Below, piece by piece: positions 1 to 14,522 of a DNA stretch of 64,000 bases (position 1 is the first letter of the stretch; each line of letters opens with the position of its first letter). The translations under genes were made by a program, and so were the position numbers. The notes under the pieces are model-generated. The model saw nothing but the letters and a program-made list of their open reading frames with translations. It was not told the origin of the DNA and searched no databases. This stretch comes from the human T2T-CHM13v2.0 reference genome, Homo sapiens, in NCBI RefSeq assembly GCF_009914755.1, contig NC_060947.1; one strand, 5' to 3'.

Positions 1-290
1 AGCACTGGCATATGGAGCCCTGAAAACCGAAGGACTAGAGTGTTTCTAGAAGGAGACAGCGGACAATGATGTGAAATGCTTTCAAGAAGCCAAGGAAGAT
101 GACAGCCAAAGTGAACTCATTGTATGGAGCCATCAGGGGGTCATCGGTGACCTCGGCAAGGGGTGGTTTCAGTTCCATGGTGACTGAAGAAGCCAGACTA
201 GAATGAGCAGTGGGATGCCTGGAAGGTAACAAGTGGAGACAGTGCATATGATGGAGGCAACACTTTCCAGGAGTTGAGAAAGTTTAGCGG
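1..290 (-). mobile_element. L2 LINE fragment (old, approximate bounds)
   Basis: Degenerate motifs typical of antisense L2 (ggggtcatcggtgacct...gtttcagt...gaagccagactagaatgag); a second L2 3' piece at about 330-460. Confidence 0.5.
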
Positions 291-3189
291 CAAAAGACAA
301 GATGCTAAGGGGGGATTGTTTTGTTTTTTAACATTCAGGTCATTCCAATCCAACCACTATTTAGTGATCTTCTAATATGCCAGGAAGCACGCTAAGTGCT
401 GAGGAGCCAGCAAACAAAGCAGACAAGGTCTCTGTTGGTCTCTATCTTCTAAGAGTGAAGGGCAGGTCAGAGTAGAATAGGGGCTGGAGGATGTTTTCTG
501 AAATTCTCTGGAGCCACCTCCTCCTTGGGACTTCCTCTTGGTCTAGCGAGCACCCTGGAGTGTTAGTGTGATGGCCTTGGTTTATCACTGAATCAGTGAA
601 CTGGATCATATCTCAGCCCTCTCTTCCCGCCTCTGTCCAGCTTTTCCATCTGTAAAATGGGGGCATACTGGGAATAGTAACCACTTCATAGATGGGAACA
701 CCTGTCATTAGCTTCCTGTCTGAAAAAAAAACCCATGCAGCTTCTCAGGGCTGTGCTTCCCACCTTGGGCCTTCTTCCTCCTCTCCAACATCTTTCTCCA
801 GCTTGGAGGGGCAGCTGCTGCTTGTGTTTTGAGCAGGTCATTTTCTGAGGTTTTGTACCACATTTTCTACCTCTTCCTTCGGCCTCTGATTCTCCTGATT
901 TTTACATACACATCACAATTCAGTCATTGGGCACAGAAACAATTAAAAGCAGATGCATTTTGATCTGAGGAGTCACCACACAGCCGAGGCCAAGGATTTT
1001 GTGAGGTCACCTTGCTCAAACCCCCTTCCTGAGGATCAGGAAAGAGACTCTTTCCCACCAGCTCCCAGGGATCTCTGGACATAAGAGCAAAGTGCCCTAG
1101 CCTCTCAGCTGGGGGCAGGGTGACACTGGGCCACAGTGTGACAGATAGGCAGGAAACAAACCCCTCTGGGTCTCTGAACCTTCTGCCAGCTTTTGGGGGA
1201 AGGATTTCTTGGGCCAGTGAAGAGAAAAGGAGAAGGCAGAAGAAGGAGCAGGCAGTGACAGCAACTGGCTGCGCTGGGAGGCGAATTTCCCCTCTTTCTG
1301 GGTGCTGTTCTTTGTCACATGCAGGGTGGTCCCGAGTTGTTTCTAAGGCAGTCAACCAACAACAATTACGCTGAGCTCTTTGCAGCTCCACCTGAGCTGC
1401 TGAGAGAGCCTTCCTTTCTCAGGGGGAATCTCAAGGTGCTGTTCTGAAGGAACTCAGAGGCACAGCAGGATGGTCTCTGGACCCCTAAGCCTAGAGGACT
1501 GGGTTGTTTGGGAACCACTTAGCATCTCAGCAACCGCAGTCCTACCTGCTGGTTTGAAAGCCAAGGCTGACTCTGTGTCTGCATCTTTAACTTCCTTCTG
1601 CTGAAGCTGCTCCTCCCCCACCCCCCAGACTGTGCCAGAGTTTCCACCCATGCAGGGAAGACGTTTCTACTGATCTCAGCCCCCTTGGGAGGTAGCGAGC
1701 TGCCCCAGGAGGTGTGCAGTCAGAGGCTACAGAGGCCAGGGACATTGCTTGGGACAGATCTCCCTTGCGCCCCTCCTTCTTAGGTTTGCCAAGCTATAGT
1801 GAGCACCCACCACACTCCAAGACAGGCAGAGTGCAGCAGGGTTAAGGGCATGGCCGCCACACAAACAACTGCCTGCTACTGTCCCCACAGAGAGATGGAC
1901 TTCTTTCCTGTCCATTTGATTCTCTGTTCACTACAGCATGAACTTCGTGAGGACAGGGACCTCATCTCCATCCCCAGTGTCTAGCACACAGGCAATCTTG
2001 ATTCAAGGCAGAAAGCTAGAAATCAAGGTGGCTCTGTCCCCATGGGAGTGGGTCCTAAGGGCTGCCCTAAGTGGCCCTGTTACTTTTTATTTCCCTCTCT
2101 CTGCTCACAAGGTGGCCTTCCTTCCCTGGGCCAGCTATGGTCCCTGCAGTTTGACCCTGAATCCTTCTGTCTGTCCTTCCTGCCTCTTTAAGGAGAGGCG
2201 GGAGAGATGCAAGACTCTGCTAGTCTCCTTTCCCCTTCCTCTCTGGCGCAGGGAGGGCTTTGTGGCTCCAGGGATGACCTCAGTACCAGCTGCTTCCAGG
2301 AGCAGGAAGGAGAATTGTTTACAGGTCCATAAGGTTCATTAACAAGCCAAGAGGAAGCTCTCAGCTGCCTGAAAGATCCAGGTGCACCCATTTGCTTGGG
2401 TTTGGGGCTGTAGCTGCCTGAGACTGGGCTCTCAGCAGGGCTGGGAGATAGGAAGTCATCACACCCAGTGGCTTTTTTTACTTTCCTTCAAGACATTTGG
2501 CTTCAACGACCTCTTACATAAAGCCCCAATATAAGAAAGTGGTAAGAGCTGAGCTGCTCTGGATGAAGAACAGTAGAGTCTGCCTTGAAGCCCAGGCAGC
2601 CCCCACACACCTCCCTGAAACTTCCACGTGAACATGGGAAACTGAGGCTCCAAGCAGGTGAAGCAACCTGCCTAAGATGTCCCAGTGGCAGGGTTCTGAG
2701 TCACTCACAGATGTGCTGATTTTGGGCTAGGTTCCTGCCATCTCCTGCTGCAGCTTGCAAGGGAGGTGGGAGCTGGGGGCAGACAGAGCTGCGACCCTGA
2801 GCCGCTGGGAAATGGAGCAGAGTGCTCAGCTGACTGAACAGCTGGAAGAAGCTAGTGGTTGGAAGGCACTGTTGGAGGCAGATGATCAGGCTGGCTGGGG
2901 GCAGGCAGAGAAGACAGACAGACACAAGGGCAGATGGACAGGTAGGCAGGCAGCAGCCTGAGTTGGACACCTGCTCCGTGGGTGGCTGGATGCCCTCTAG
3001 GTTTCAGCAAAAGCTTGGATGCAATTAACTTTATTTGTTTGGTCCCCAGTGGAGGCTCTGTGCTCACGATCCCCCTTAGGGAAAAAGATGATACATTTCC
3101 TTTGGAGATACTTAGCTTGAAAGGAGGGAGAGTTTTTGTCTTATTCTTTTCTGTTAATAAAATAGCTCTTATTTTAATAAAGATCCAAA

Positions 3190-3850
3190 CCCTCCAGCAG
3201 ACAGTTCATGGGAAAGAAATACAGAAGATCAATAAACATATGAAAAATTGCTCAGGATTATTCATAATTAAAGTAATATAAATTAAAGCAACAATGAGAT
3301 GGATATCATTTTTCACCCATTAAGCCTTTTAAATAGTTGCATAATATTCCTGTTGATCAGACTGGGAAGAAACACGGACTTTCTTCTAGGTGAGGCTTCA
3401 CTTTGTGCAGGCTCTTTGGAGGCTCCTTTGACAATATTGGTCCATATAGGTCAAAATCATCAACACACATACCCTAGAACCCCACAATTCCACTTATAGG
3501 CACCTGCTGTGCAAACCCATTTACCTATGTGTGCAGAGAGACATGTTCAGGAATGCTCAGTGCTACATTGTTTCTAAAAATATAAAAGCTCTAGACACCC
3601 AAAATATCCATGAGCAAGTCAATAAAGGAGCAAGGGGAGGCAGCTGTGTAGGGAAATGCTATGCTGGGCTGAGAAGAAATGAGGTAGATTTGTTTTCACA
3701 CGGAGAGATTCCCCAAAGCACATGGTTCACTTGAAAAAATAAGTTGCAGAATATGGCACACACCTCAGATGTAGGTGATCTCAATTGTGCAAAACACTGA
3801 ACACTGAAAACATATAGACACACATACAAGCCAGGTATGTTCTGGACCCT
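3190..3850 (+). mobile_element. Old L1M/L1ME 3' fragment
   Basis: caataaacatatgaaaaattgctca...aaattaaagcaacaatgagat...catttttcacccatta resembles the end of L1 ORF2 and the 3' UTR; highly diverged. Confidence 0.6.
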
Positions 3851-4617
3851 TCTTTCCCCTATGAAGAAGCATCTGTTGAACCTTTGGGTGAGCAGAACCT
3901 TCCACTGGAGTGTTAGGGCTCTGCAGCCTGTTATGTACACTTGGCCATGTGCCATCTTCCTGGACCCAGGCACCGTGTGAGACTTGAAAGGTCTCTCTCT
4001 GTATCCCAGGTGCTCTAGTCCTTCGAGGCCCTGAGGTTAGCACACAGACTTTGGGGTAGGGGGCTTTTCAGAATGGTTGGAGTACGAATTTAGGGCCATT
4101 TCAAAAGGAGATTACCATGCAGATGATAATTATGAAATTATAATTAGCTAGCATGCTAAGAGACAAGTTCAAAGGCACATAGCAAACTCTCGTCACCTCC
4201 AAGTTGTCCTTGGCACTCAATCCAAGAAAGGAAGGCATGCTAAGGGGGTGAGATGCTGGGGTTTTTGAGTGGCATTGGGGGTTCAGGGATTGGGAAGGAA
4301 TTCTCCCACCCTCTTTGCTTGGCTTTAGGTGGTGGATTCCTATGCCACCAGGGGGCAGTGCCTCCACATGCACCTGGACCCTGTGCTCCTGTGCCCAAGA
4401 AGCCCCACCAGGGCCAGTTGATAGCGAGACAGAAATCTGGCCTCCATAGCCCGAGGCCCTGTGGCAAGCCAGTGCCCACACTGCTCTAGCTTTGCTGACT
4501 TCTGAGTGCTCCTCACAATCCAGCCACCCTGTAGGGAGGCTTGTCCATGGGGGAGACTGACACCAAAAGAAGCGAGAAACTTGCCCAAGGTAAAATCTTG
4601 AAGTCATAGTGAGATAA

Positions 4618-4790
4618 GATTGTCAGATGGAATACAGGATATGCAGCTAAATTTCAATGTCAAATCAATCCATGAATCATTCTTTAGTGTAAATATGTCC
4701 CAAAAGTTAGTGTACGAGAGAATACTTATACTGTTGTTTATCTGAAATTTAAATGTACTTCGTACCTATATTTTCATTTGCTCAATCTGG
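4618..4790. mobile_element. MER53-like palindromic hAT MITE
   Basis: ttgtcagatggaatacagga...gttgtttatctgaaatttaaat...aatctggc matches the recalled MER53 layout. Confidence 0.6.
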
Positions 4791-5054
4791 CTGGGCTTCC
4801 CAGGCTCCTGAATCCCACTGAGCTGAGCACACTCAGCAGTTTCTCTGCTCCCAAGGTGGCCCTCCAGAAAGCTCGAATTTCATCACAGCTGCTCCACTGG
4901 ATCTGGGAAGGGCTTCTTTGGGGCCCCCAGGAATGCAGGCAGGGCCTATATCAGCTCTGGTTCCCAAGCTGGACAGGTGAGGTGGGGGCAGGGGGCAGGC
5001 AGCCTCAGACCATGCCGCCCTATCTCAGCTACTCCTGGCCCCTTCGTTTCCACT

Positions 5055-5150
5055 TTCTCTCCCTTCCTTCCTTCCTTCCTTCCTTCCTTCCTTCCTTCCT
5101 TCCTTCCTCCCTTCCTTCTTCTTTTCCTCCTTCCTTCCTCCTCTTCCTCC
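5055..5150 (+). repeat. (CCTT)n polypyrimidine microsatellite
   Basis: Tandem ccttccttcctt seen directly. Confidence 0.9.
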
Positions 5151-5299
5151 CACCTGGCCCAGGGGCTCTGGGGGAAGAAGAGGCTATTTGTAAAAGGAAC
5201 CTTATATAAACCTGTCCTGATTCCTTTTACAAATAGCCTCCTATTCCCCCAGGGGCTCTGGGGTTGTTTCCTAGAATGAAGGGTTCACCACAGGTAGTT

Positions 5300-5341
5300 G
5301 TAGCAATCAGGGTTTTCCAGAGAAACAGAACTGATAGGATG

Positions 5342-5375
<34 letters not shown>

Positions 5376-5767
5376 TGTATGCATGTATGTATGTATATAT
5401 CTGCATATGCACAAGTATATAGAAATTTATTTTAAGAAATTGGCTTATGCGATTGTGGGGCTGACAAGTCTGAAATGTGCAAGGCAGCCCTGCAGGCTGG
5501 CAACTCAAGGAAGAGTTGACATTGCAGTCCTGGGGTAGAATTACCTCTACTTTGGGAAACCTCAGTCTTTGCTCTTCAGGCCTCTCAGCTGATTGTGTGA
5601 GGCCCACTCACATCATCGAGGATGGGTCTCTACTTTATTTCAAGTCCACTGGTTGTAGATGCCAACCACAGCTACAAAATGCCTCCACAGCAACACCTAG
5701 ACTAGGGTTTGATGGAGTCACTGGGGACTAGAACCTGGCCAGGTGACACATAAACCTGACCATCACA
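5300..5767 (-). mobile_element. MLT2-type (ERVL) solo LTR containing an (ATGT)n tract at about 5347-5392
   Basis: cagggttttccagagaaacagaac...aaattggcttatgcgattgtgggg...tgacacataaacctgaccatcaca, typical MLT2 termini. Confidence 0.75.
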
Positions 5768-6268
5768 GTGGTCTAATCAGTAGGGAAGCTGAGGGAGAAC
5801 TGGGACTTAGAAGGTGCAGGGCCTGAGGCCCCTGGGGGTTCTAGTGGCTGCAGTCAGGTCCCACCTCTCTTGCCCTTCTCTCCCTTTGTTATGGCTCCTG
5901 CCTAGGCTGACCTACTTCAGGAAAAGGCTACCTCCCGTGTCTGGGGACTCTGGATGGGGGAGGTAGGATACGCTCTCCAGAGAATCCCTTCTGAAGGTGT
6001 GGTATGGCCTGGATTGCTAGCACCTAACTCTGTTGTGGCCACTGTTGGCTCTCGGACCCTGTGCCAATCCCTGTTTCTTCATAGAAATGATGGAGGGTGG
6101 ACCCCACCCTTCTCCCCATGGGCTAAATATGGAGATTCATGAGCCAGAGCAGTTCTCACAGGCAAAGGCACGGAATTGTATCTCTTCTCCTAAGTTGCTT
6201 ACAGAGTAGCAGAGGAGAAGGCCACTGACCTAGCCAGCAAGATACAATAGAAACAGAAAGTACTGTGT

Positions 6269-6277
6269 CCAAGGCCT
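6269..6277 (+). promoter_or_regulatory. FATE1: Candidate NR5A1 (SF-1) site CCAAGGCCT in the FATE1 proximal promoter
   Basis: Matches YCAAGGYCR except at the last base, about 160 nt upstream of the ATG; FATE1 is an established SF-1 target. Confidence 0.5.
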
Positions 6278-6431
6278 CAGCCTAGAGAGGGAGTCTCACT
6301 CCACCCCCAGATCTGACTATATCTTCCTTGAGCTCCTGTTTCCGGAAGAGGTGATTTTCTGAGTGTGACTCCTCTGTTCCTGGCACCCTGTGCATCCTTA
6401 GCCATAGCTTACAAGAGAACAGCTGGTTGTG

Positions 6432-6537
6432 ATGGCAGGAGGCCCTCCCAACACCAAGGCGGAGATGGAAATGTCCCTGGCAGAAGAACTGAATCATGGA
6501 CGCCAAGGGGAAAACCAAGAGCACCTGGTGATAGCAG
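6432..6537 (+). CDS. FATE1: FATE1 coding exon 1. Full CDS join(6432..6537,7584..7711,11703..11809,12211..12289,12936..13067), 183 aa, fetal and adult testis-expressed protein, MFF-related
   Basis: ATG GCA GGA... gives MAGGPPNTKAEMEMSLAEELNHGRQGENQEHLVIA; donor G|gtgagg; the five exons sum to 552 nt. Confidence 0.96.
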
Positions 6538-6789
6538 GTGAGGATCCCCTAAAATACCCCTAGGCTACAGCCAACTGTGTAGATACGTGTCTATACCTGT
6601 GCATGTGTGTGTTGGAAAAGGTGCATGTGTGCACGGAAGTGTTTGCACATCTGTGTGTTGGCCGGGCTTCGAGGATTTGTGGGTTGATGTAAGGGAGCTA
6701 GGGGAAAAGGGATAGATGATGTGAGCATTTTTCCCTGGGAGGGAGGAGGATGGGAACAACATGTGTAGTACCTCTGTCTCCCCCTTATC

Positions 6790-7420
6790 CAAGCCACCAC
6801 AGTCTCTGTTGCAAAATACTCAGAGGGCTCAAATTATGAGACCAGAGATCAATTCTCTCTCCCAATCCTCCAATTCATTTTCCTGCCATTTGGAGGAAAA
6901 TCCAAATTCCATGATCTATAAGATTGTATCAGCCTCCTCAAAACGTTTCATGCTATGATATAGACAGAAAATACCATTTCTATAGCACACAAAGGGATCC
7001 AGATCACATTGCATTTATGTTTGTTCTTACGATGCTCCAAGCCTGCTTCTTCCCCCAAAGACCTTGCATTTGCTGTTTCCTCTGCCTGGAATGCTCTTTC
7101 CCTCAATTTCCCAGGGCTGGGTCCTTTTTTTCCTTCAGGTCCCCACCTCAATTGCTGTCTCCTACTTTTCTAGGAGGAGCCCTTTCCTTCCACTATGTTA
7201 CCCTGTTTTGATCATTTATGGAGCCTGCATCTCTCTGTCTGCATTTGCAAGGATAGATTGCTTTCTGTTTTACACCTGTCATTCCCCCTTATACACAAAC
7301 AGATGGTCAGTTCCTTGATAGCTGGAATCTTGTTCTTGGTCATTGGTCTCTAGGTTACTGGAGAGTAACCTAGTCTCGAGCTCAGCCCTCAGGAAATTCC
7401 GGTTTAACTTTTGAACAGAT
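6790..7420 (+). mobile_element. L2 fragment in FATE1 intron 1
   Basis: accttgcatttgctgtttcctctgcctggaatgctctttcc is a hallmark L2 segment. Confidence 0.6.
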
Positions 7421-7583
7421 GAACAAACTGAGACCTGGGATCAGCTGATGGACAGTGGTTAATGGGTGCTGAGTGATTCCCAAGAAAGCTGGAGACTCTG
7501 TCTTCTTTTTGGTGTGTTTTGTGCCCAAGAAACCCTGGTGCAACTTCTATGGGTGCTCCTGGAGCTTCTGTTCTTCTCTCTAG

Positions 7584-7711
7584 AAATGATGGAGCTTGGA
7601 TCTCGGTCCCGGGGTGCCTCCCAGAAGAAGCAGAAGTTGGAACAAAAAGCTGCTGGCTCTGCTTCAGCCAAACGAGTTTGGAATATGACTGCCACCCGAC
7701 CCAAGAAAATG
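7584..7711 (+). CDS. FATE1: FATE1 coding exon 2
   Basis: Acceptor ttctctctag|AA; (E)MMELGSRSRGASQKKQKLEQKAAGSASAKRVWNMTATRPKKM; donor ATG|gtactg. Confidence 0.95.
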
Positions 7712-8116
7712 GTACTGTATGGGGTCCTCAGCACTTGGTGGCCAGGTTGGGGTTGGGAGTACTGGTTGTAGGGGCTCTAGCCTGACCAGGTCAGGCAGGG
7801 CTAGACGTTGACTTGTGAGGAGGAGGAAGCTCCTGTGCTCCAAGCTGGCAAATGAGGACAGGAAGTTCCAATTAAAGGTCAGGGTCATCCTTTCCTATGC
7901 TGGGGGTTCAACCTTGGGAATTCAGAATGCCTGAAACAAATATTGCATGGGGAGTACATAAATACTTTACTCTATAAATCTATTGTGTGAAATAACGCTT
8001 TCCTGTATTTAAAATTATGTGTGTGGTACGTGTGTGTGTGTGTGTGCGCGTGTATACACACAATAAGTCAGGTGAGGCTCCTATGCTTTCTGGCTGTTAA
8101 GAAATCCAGTCAAGTG

Positions 8117-9190
<1,074 letters not shown>

Positions 9191-10774
9191 TGCTGAAATG
9201 ATTTATTGGGTGGCCCCAGTGAAGAATGAGAAAAAAAGCTTCCAGGTTAGAGGTTTCCTGGGAATAAAAATAAGTCAAATATTGAGTTGACTTTTTGTGT
9301 CCAAAGACAGAAGCCAAATCAAGTTGCTCCAGGAGGTCAGGCTCCTGCAAACCACTAATGTCCCTGAGACTAGGGGAGATATAATCTCTGGTTTAATTAA
9401 AGTTGACTACAAGGGCTAGAGGTAGACTGTTTGAAAATATAGACATTATATTGAATTTATAAATTAAATTTAGAAATTTAGAATTAGGAAATCTAATTTA
9501 CTAATTCTATTTATTTATTAATTCATTCATTCCTTTATTTTTGAATAAAACAGTTAATGGAACTGCCTCTAGGAGAACCATAATATGCAAGGGTGAGAAA
9601 AGTTAATAATGCTATCCTGCTGACTTGGAAAAAAGCAGTGTGCCTTTAAAATTACATGGAAATTAAAATAACATTTTTTGAAATGATTAACAGAGAGAAG
9701 TTGGGACTTGGTGGGTTAACAACAAACTATGTTATCTGAAACAAACAAACAAATTCCAGCCATCAGCCATTCATCCTTATTTTTTGCCTTCAAATCTCTC
9801 AAAATTTTTTTTGTCCTTCTGATTCCAATTTATAGGAAAATCAAGCAATGGTCTGAAAATTTTTCTAAGAGACATCATTGATCAAATTATAGTCATGGGG
9901 TCTCCCTAATACCCATTATCTTTTTAATGCAATTTTTGAAGTATCTTAAGAAAATAAAATATTGTGACCATGAACTACGGTTCATAAAAAAGTTGCACCA
10001 ATATCTGTGTGCTCCTCTTGAGAAAGATTAGTTATGCCTTATTGCAACAAACAGAGTGCAGTGGCAAAGTTCCTATGAAAATCCTTTACACAGAAATTGA
10101 TCCACCTTCAGTTTGATGTTGTTACTTCGGAACAGAAGAGGGCTGCAGATATTTCTCAGGTGACAGGTGAGCCTTGGTTGTCTATTTTTTTGTAAGAATG
10201 AGGCAAATAGAAGAGCTAACCCAGTACTCTGTGCGCCTCAGTCAGGCCTCTCAAATGACAGGCTCTACTTCAGCAGGGTGAGCGGGTAAGGAACTGGCTG
10301 TCATGTGGGGCACCCTGAACCCTGCCAGAATGAAGACGGTTTTATTTTGTGTCACTTTCACCCCAGCTTTCTTATTCATTTGGTTCAGGTTTTGGCTTGG
10401 CGGTAAGTGCCTGGCTGCCAACCAGGAGTGAGAAGTGTGGATGACTGCTTCCTACATAGATCATTAGTTAAAGGCCCTGTTTTCCTCCCTCCCCTCCTTT
10501 CTTGTGATATGCCGCCATTGTCCTTGCAGGTCTAAGTCCTCTCTGGATGCTGCTGGCGGGGGCCTCCTTTGTCAGCTGAGTCCCATCTGCTTCCCATCCA
10601 CAATGAGGCCTAGTTCCTCCATGGACACTTCCTAGATTCCAGAATTTTATTGAATTCTTTCATTAGCTGATGCCTCTTGTGTTGTCTTCTGTCTTATGGG
10701 TTTGTACTGTTTTACTGTCTTCACTGGCAATTAGTGGAGCCTTAACAGGAAGGAGTGTTAAATATGAGGGACAT

Positions 10775-11020
10775 CGTAGTGTAATGGCTGAGAGTATAAC
10801 CTCTGGACTGAAATGTCCTGGGTTCAAATTACTGCTCTGCTACTTCCTAGCTGTGTGACTTGGACAAGGTAATTAACCTCTCTGTGTTTCAGTTTCCCCT
10901 ACTTTCAAAACGGGATGATAATGATACCGTTTCACAGGGCTGTGACGAGGAATCAGTCACTTAGTATTGGTAAGGGCTTAGAGGATGGCATGGTCCCTGG
11001 CATGTGGTGTGTGTTAAATA
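10775..11020 (+). mobile_element. MIR SINE
   Basis: cctgggttcaaat...ctagctgtgtgacttggacaaggtaattaacctctctgtgtttcagtttcc core. Confidence 0.8.
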
Positions 11021-11702
11021 AGCAGCTTGTGAAACATTTCATCTTGAACTGGAAACCTAGAACTATGATTTGAGCCCAGGCAGGTCTGGCACCAAAAGCC
11101 ACGCTCTTTTCCTCTATCCCCCACTGATGCTTCAAAGGCATCAGATGGCCCTGGCCCAAGGGCTCTGGGCCAGAGATGTACATGCTAGGGAGTTGTTGGC
11201 AGATGGATAAAAATGAAAGCCACAGGGATGGCTGGCTGAGCTTACCCAGAGGAGTTGCTGGTTTCCCAGTAGCCAGGGTTCTAGCCTTAGCCCTGACATT
11301 TACCACGCATCCTTGGAAAGTAAAGGCATCTCGCCAGGCCTCCATGGCCTGGGCTGCCAATCAAGGTTTTACGTTCTCCTTCAGTAGGTTGCTCAGCCTC
11401 TCAGCTAATACCTGCATGTGAAAGTTCTTGCAGAGGACAGGGACCCCTGTTACTGCTCCTCTTTTGCCACAGCCTGCCTGGATGACCAAGAGCTACCGAG
11501 GAGCATGGTGTGGGTGGGGTGGTGGCCAGCAGCCTGTGTGGGGTTCCCAAGCTTTCCTAGCGGCCTGAAGCTGCCAGCCCTTGATTCCAGAGACCAGGCA
11601 CCATGTGATTCCCCATGGGGTGCACCATTGGCTCTGGGCAAACTGGAGAAGCCACTCATGTGGGGTTGGGCAGGCTACTTTACTGACCATTCCTTTCTTC
11701 AG

Positions 11703-11809
11703 GGGTCCCAGCTGCCAAAGCCCAGAATGCTGAGAGAATCAGGCCATGGGGATGCCCATCTCCAGGAGTACGCTGGCAATTTCCAAGGCATACGTTTCCA
11801 TTATGATCG
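11703..11809 (+). CDS. FATE1: FATE1 coding exon 3
   Basis: Acceptor tttcttcag|GGG; GSQLPKPRMLRESGHGDAHLQEYAGNFQGIRFHYD(R); donor CG|gtaaga. Confidence 0.95.
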
Positions 11810-12210
11810 GTAAGAGCTGAGGGTCTGTGGGCCCTGGCTGCTCAGACAGGGCCCGGAGTGGGGCAGAGGGGCTGGTGAGCAGCCTGGCCAGGATGGAGTC
11901 ATGAGGGCCTGGAATGCCTCCCTGTCAGAGACCATGAGTACCCTGGCTCCCTGCCCATTTGGGGCATCCCAGTGCTCTGCGGCCTAGCCGAGTTGGGCTG
12001 GACTGGGCTGGGCCAGGCTGGCTCAGGCTAGCTCAGGCTGACTCCCAGCCCTCAAGGCCCTAGGCCCTCTTTACCATGGAAGAGGACTGGAGGCTGATAG
12101 AGTCACTGTCCAAGAAGATCACGACCTTACCTGCTTGACCTCACTGCCTTCTTGTGCTCCCTGCCAGGGACCACCAGCAGCTTTGACCATCTGTCTTTTT
12201 TCTCTCCCAG

Positions 12211-12289
12211 CAACCCAGGGACAGATGCAGTGGCGCAGACTAGCCTGGAAGAGTTCAATGTACTGGAGATGGAAGTCATGAGAAGACAG
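12211..12289 (+). CDS. FATE1: FATE1 coding exon 4
   Basis: Acceptor tctctcccag|C; NPGTDAVAQTSLEEFNVLEMEVMRRQ; donor CAG|gtgagg. Confidence 0.95.
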
Positions 12290-12935
12290 GTGAGGAGGGA
12301 CCCAATCGGTGGGTGCAAGCAGAATCACAGTGCCTTGGAATAGGCAGGGCTCGACAGCTGGGGTCCTGTAGTCCCTTACAGTCATCTTTCCCTTTAGCGC
12401 TGGAGGTGGGGCAGATTCCCTTCCTCTTCCTCCTCATCCCCATGGCTCTGACACCCCGCATAGATGTCCAGCCTCAAACTCACTGCTGTCCCTGAGATGC
12501 TGGTAGGGAATAGGGGCAGATAAAAGGTGGAGGAAGAGGGAACATACAAGGATAAGGGTTCTATGTCCAGAGAGAGAGTGATACCTAAGGGTCTGAGAGA
12601 GGGGTCGCCTTTGTTCAAACCAAACCCAGACCTTCTTAGGAGGAGATCCTTTCTTCCTTGGCTCCCCGGCGCAGCTGGAATGGGCTGGTCTCTTCCAGAG
12701 AAGGGAAGTGAACATAAGGGAGAAGGCAAAAGTGGGGCCTGCAGACGTAGCAGCCAGGTCTTTGGTCCCGCGGACCTGGCCCAGCCTCCTGCTTCTCACT
12801 AGGGGCGCTCCCCGCTCCACCGCCAAAGGGCAATCAAGCCCCTTCTTGCTCTAACTTTATGCTTTTCCCATGGCTGTGCTGTGGGCTTCTGGAGAAGAGC
12901 CTCGCTCAGCAGCCCTGCCTTTGACTCCTCTGCAG

Positions 12936-13067
12936 CTGTATGCAGTCAACCGGCGTCTGCGCGCCCTGGAGGAACAGGGCGCCACCTGGCGCCACAGGGA
13001 GACCCTGATCATCGCCGTGCTGGTGTCGGCCAGCATTGCCAACCTGTGGCTGTGGATGAACCAGTGA
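12936..13067 (+). CDS. FATE1: FATE1 coding exon 5 (coiled coil plus C-terminal transmembrane anchor)
   Basis: Acceptor ctctgcag|CTG; LYAVNRRLRALEEQGATWRHRETLIIAVLVSASIANLWLWMNQ then TGA; resembles the MFF C-terminus. Confidence 0.96.
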   Translation: MYAVNRRLRALEEQGATWRHRETLIIAVLVSASIANLWLWMNQ

Positions 13068-13475
13068 TCGCCCCAGCGCGGCCTCCGTATTGGAGCCCTC
13101 CCTGCTTCCCCTTCTTTCTTTCCTCTTTCCCCAGGCCGCCACTGCCCTTGCCCCTTTCATCTCCCAGCAGCCCTCAGGAGCGTCAGGATCATTTTCAACT
13201 CTGGTTAGGCCTCCTACCTGGGGAGGCCAGGTCACTGCACTGGGAGGTCCTGGCTGCTGCGAAGCTGGAGGAGGACTGCGTGGGCTGAGATGCCACCCTT
13301 TGAAGGGTGAACAGCATGGCGGCATCTGGGCCCCACAGTAACACCTAGTGGCAACCTTGCCTTCCTGACCTCAGCGGCCCTTCTGTTCCATCCTCTGTGG
13401 GCAGGGGTGTGGCTTTGTTTTCCTCCCTCGTTTGCTTCCACCTCGTGCACAGCGCTCTGCACAGACAACACGCTC

Positions 13476-13481
13476 AATAAA
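13476..13481 (+). terminator. FATE1: FATE1 polyadenylation signal AATAAA
   Basis: First AATAAA, about 410 nt after the stop, followed by a GT-rich stretch. Confidence 0.8.
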
Positions 13482-14354
13482 AGTTCAGCCATAGCAGCAA
13501 AACCCTGTGGCTGAGGTTCCTGTGTCCAGCACTCACTGGGGGCAACAGTGGAGGTGGGGTGCGCTGGGAAACAACAGCTCCTCTTCACAAAGACCTTGTG
13601 GCTGGGACTGAGCCTCTGCCATTGCCCCAGGGGCCCTGGTTCCCTCCTCCCTTTCACCTCCCCCACCTCCCTGTCCCCAGCCCCAGCTTTGCAAAGTTCT
13701 TCCTGTTGGGCTCATGCAAACCAGTGCTTGTGGGGGTGTGGTTCTGGGAGCATGTCTGCGCTGTGTTGCAGGGAAGCAATCAGAGGAAATCTCCTGAAAG
13801 GGACCAGAAACCTCATTTGCGCAAGAGGAAATTGAATTCCAGAGAGAGGAAACATGTCCCTGGGTCATCCAGTGAGACAGGGCCTGGATGTGAGTTCTCT
13901 GGCGTGAGTTCTCCTGAGTCCTACGCTAGGGCTTGGCCTGCCTCCTGCAGACAGACTCACTGGAGATGAGGTCCTGCCTCAGCTCTGGAGGCTGAACGGG
14001 AGCTACACATACCCCTCACCCTACCCACCACACACTCTGGGTCCACAGCCCATGAAGCACACCTCAGACAGGGTGAATAGCTGGGCTGTCCAGTGGGGCT
14101 GAGCCTGAGAGGTGGAGAATGTTGCCTGCCATGTGGGGGCCTGACCACAGTGCAGATGTGCCTGGTGCAGGAGGCCTGCAGAGGAGCTGCAACCCCTTTC
14201 CCTGGGACCAAGGGCTCAACACACATGTCTCTGACCCAGAACTTTCTCATTGGCTTTAGTTGCTAAGTGCACCTTCCCTAATCCCCCAAATCTGTCAAGG
14301 ATTCTCCATCTGTAAAGACTGGGAAGCGTGTTAGTCCCTAGGTATGAAATGAAC

Positions 14355-14522
14355 GTGTGTGTCTGTGTATGTGAGAGAGAGAGACAGAGAAGAGACAGGG
14401 AGAGGAGGGGAGGCGAGGAGAGAAGAAAGGATGGAGGAAGGGAGAGGCAGAGAGAGAGATACAGTCAGCGATACAGAGCGGCAGAGGGAGGGAAGTTAGA
14501 GTAGAGAGAGAGAGAGAGAGAA
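14355..14522 (+). repeat. (TG)n followed by a GA-rich low-complexity tract
   Basis: Seen directly. Confidence 0.8.

Noticed and set aside
13232-13666. 144-aa antisense ORF across the FATE1 3' UTR
   Set aside because: No recognisable homology; expected by chance at this GC content
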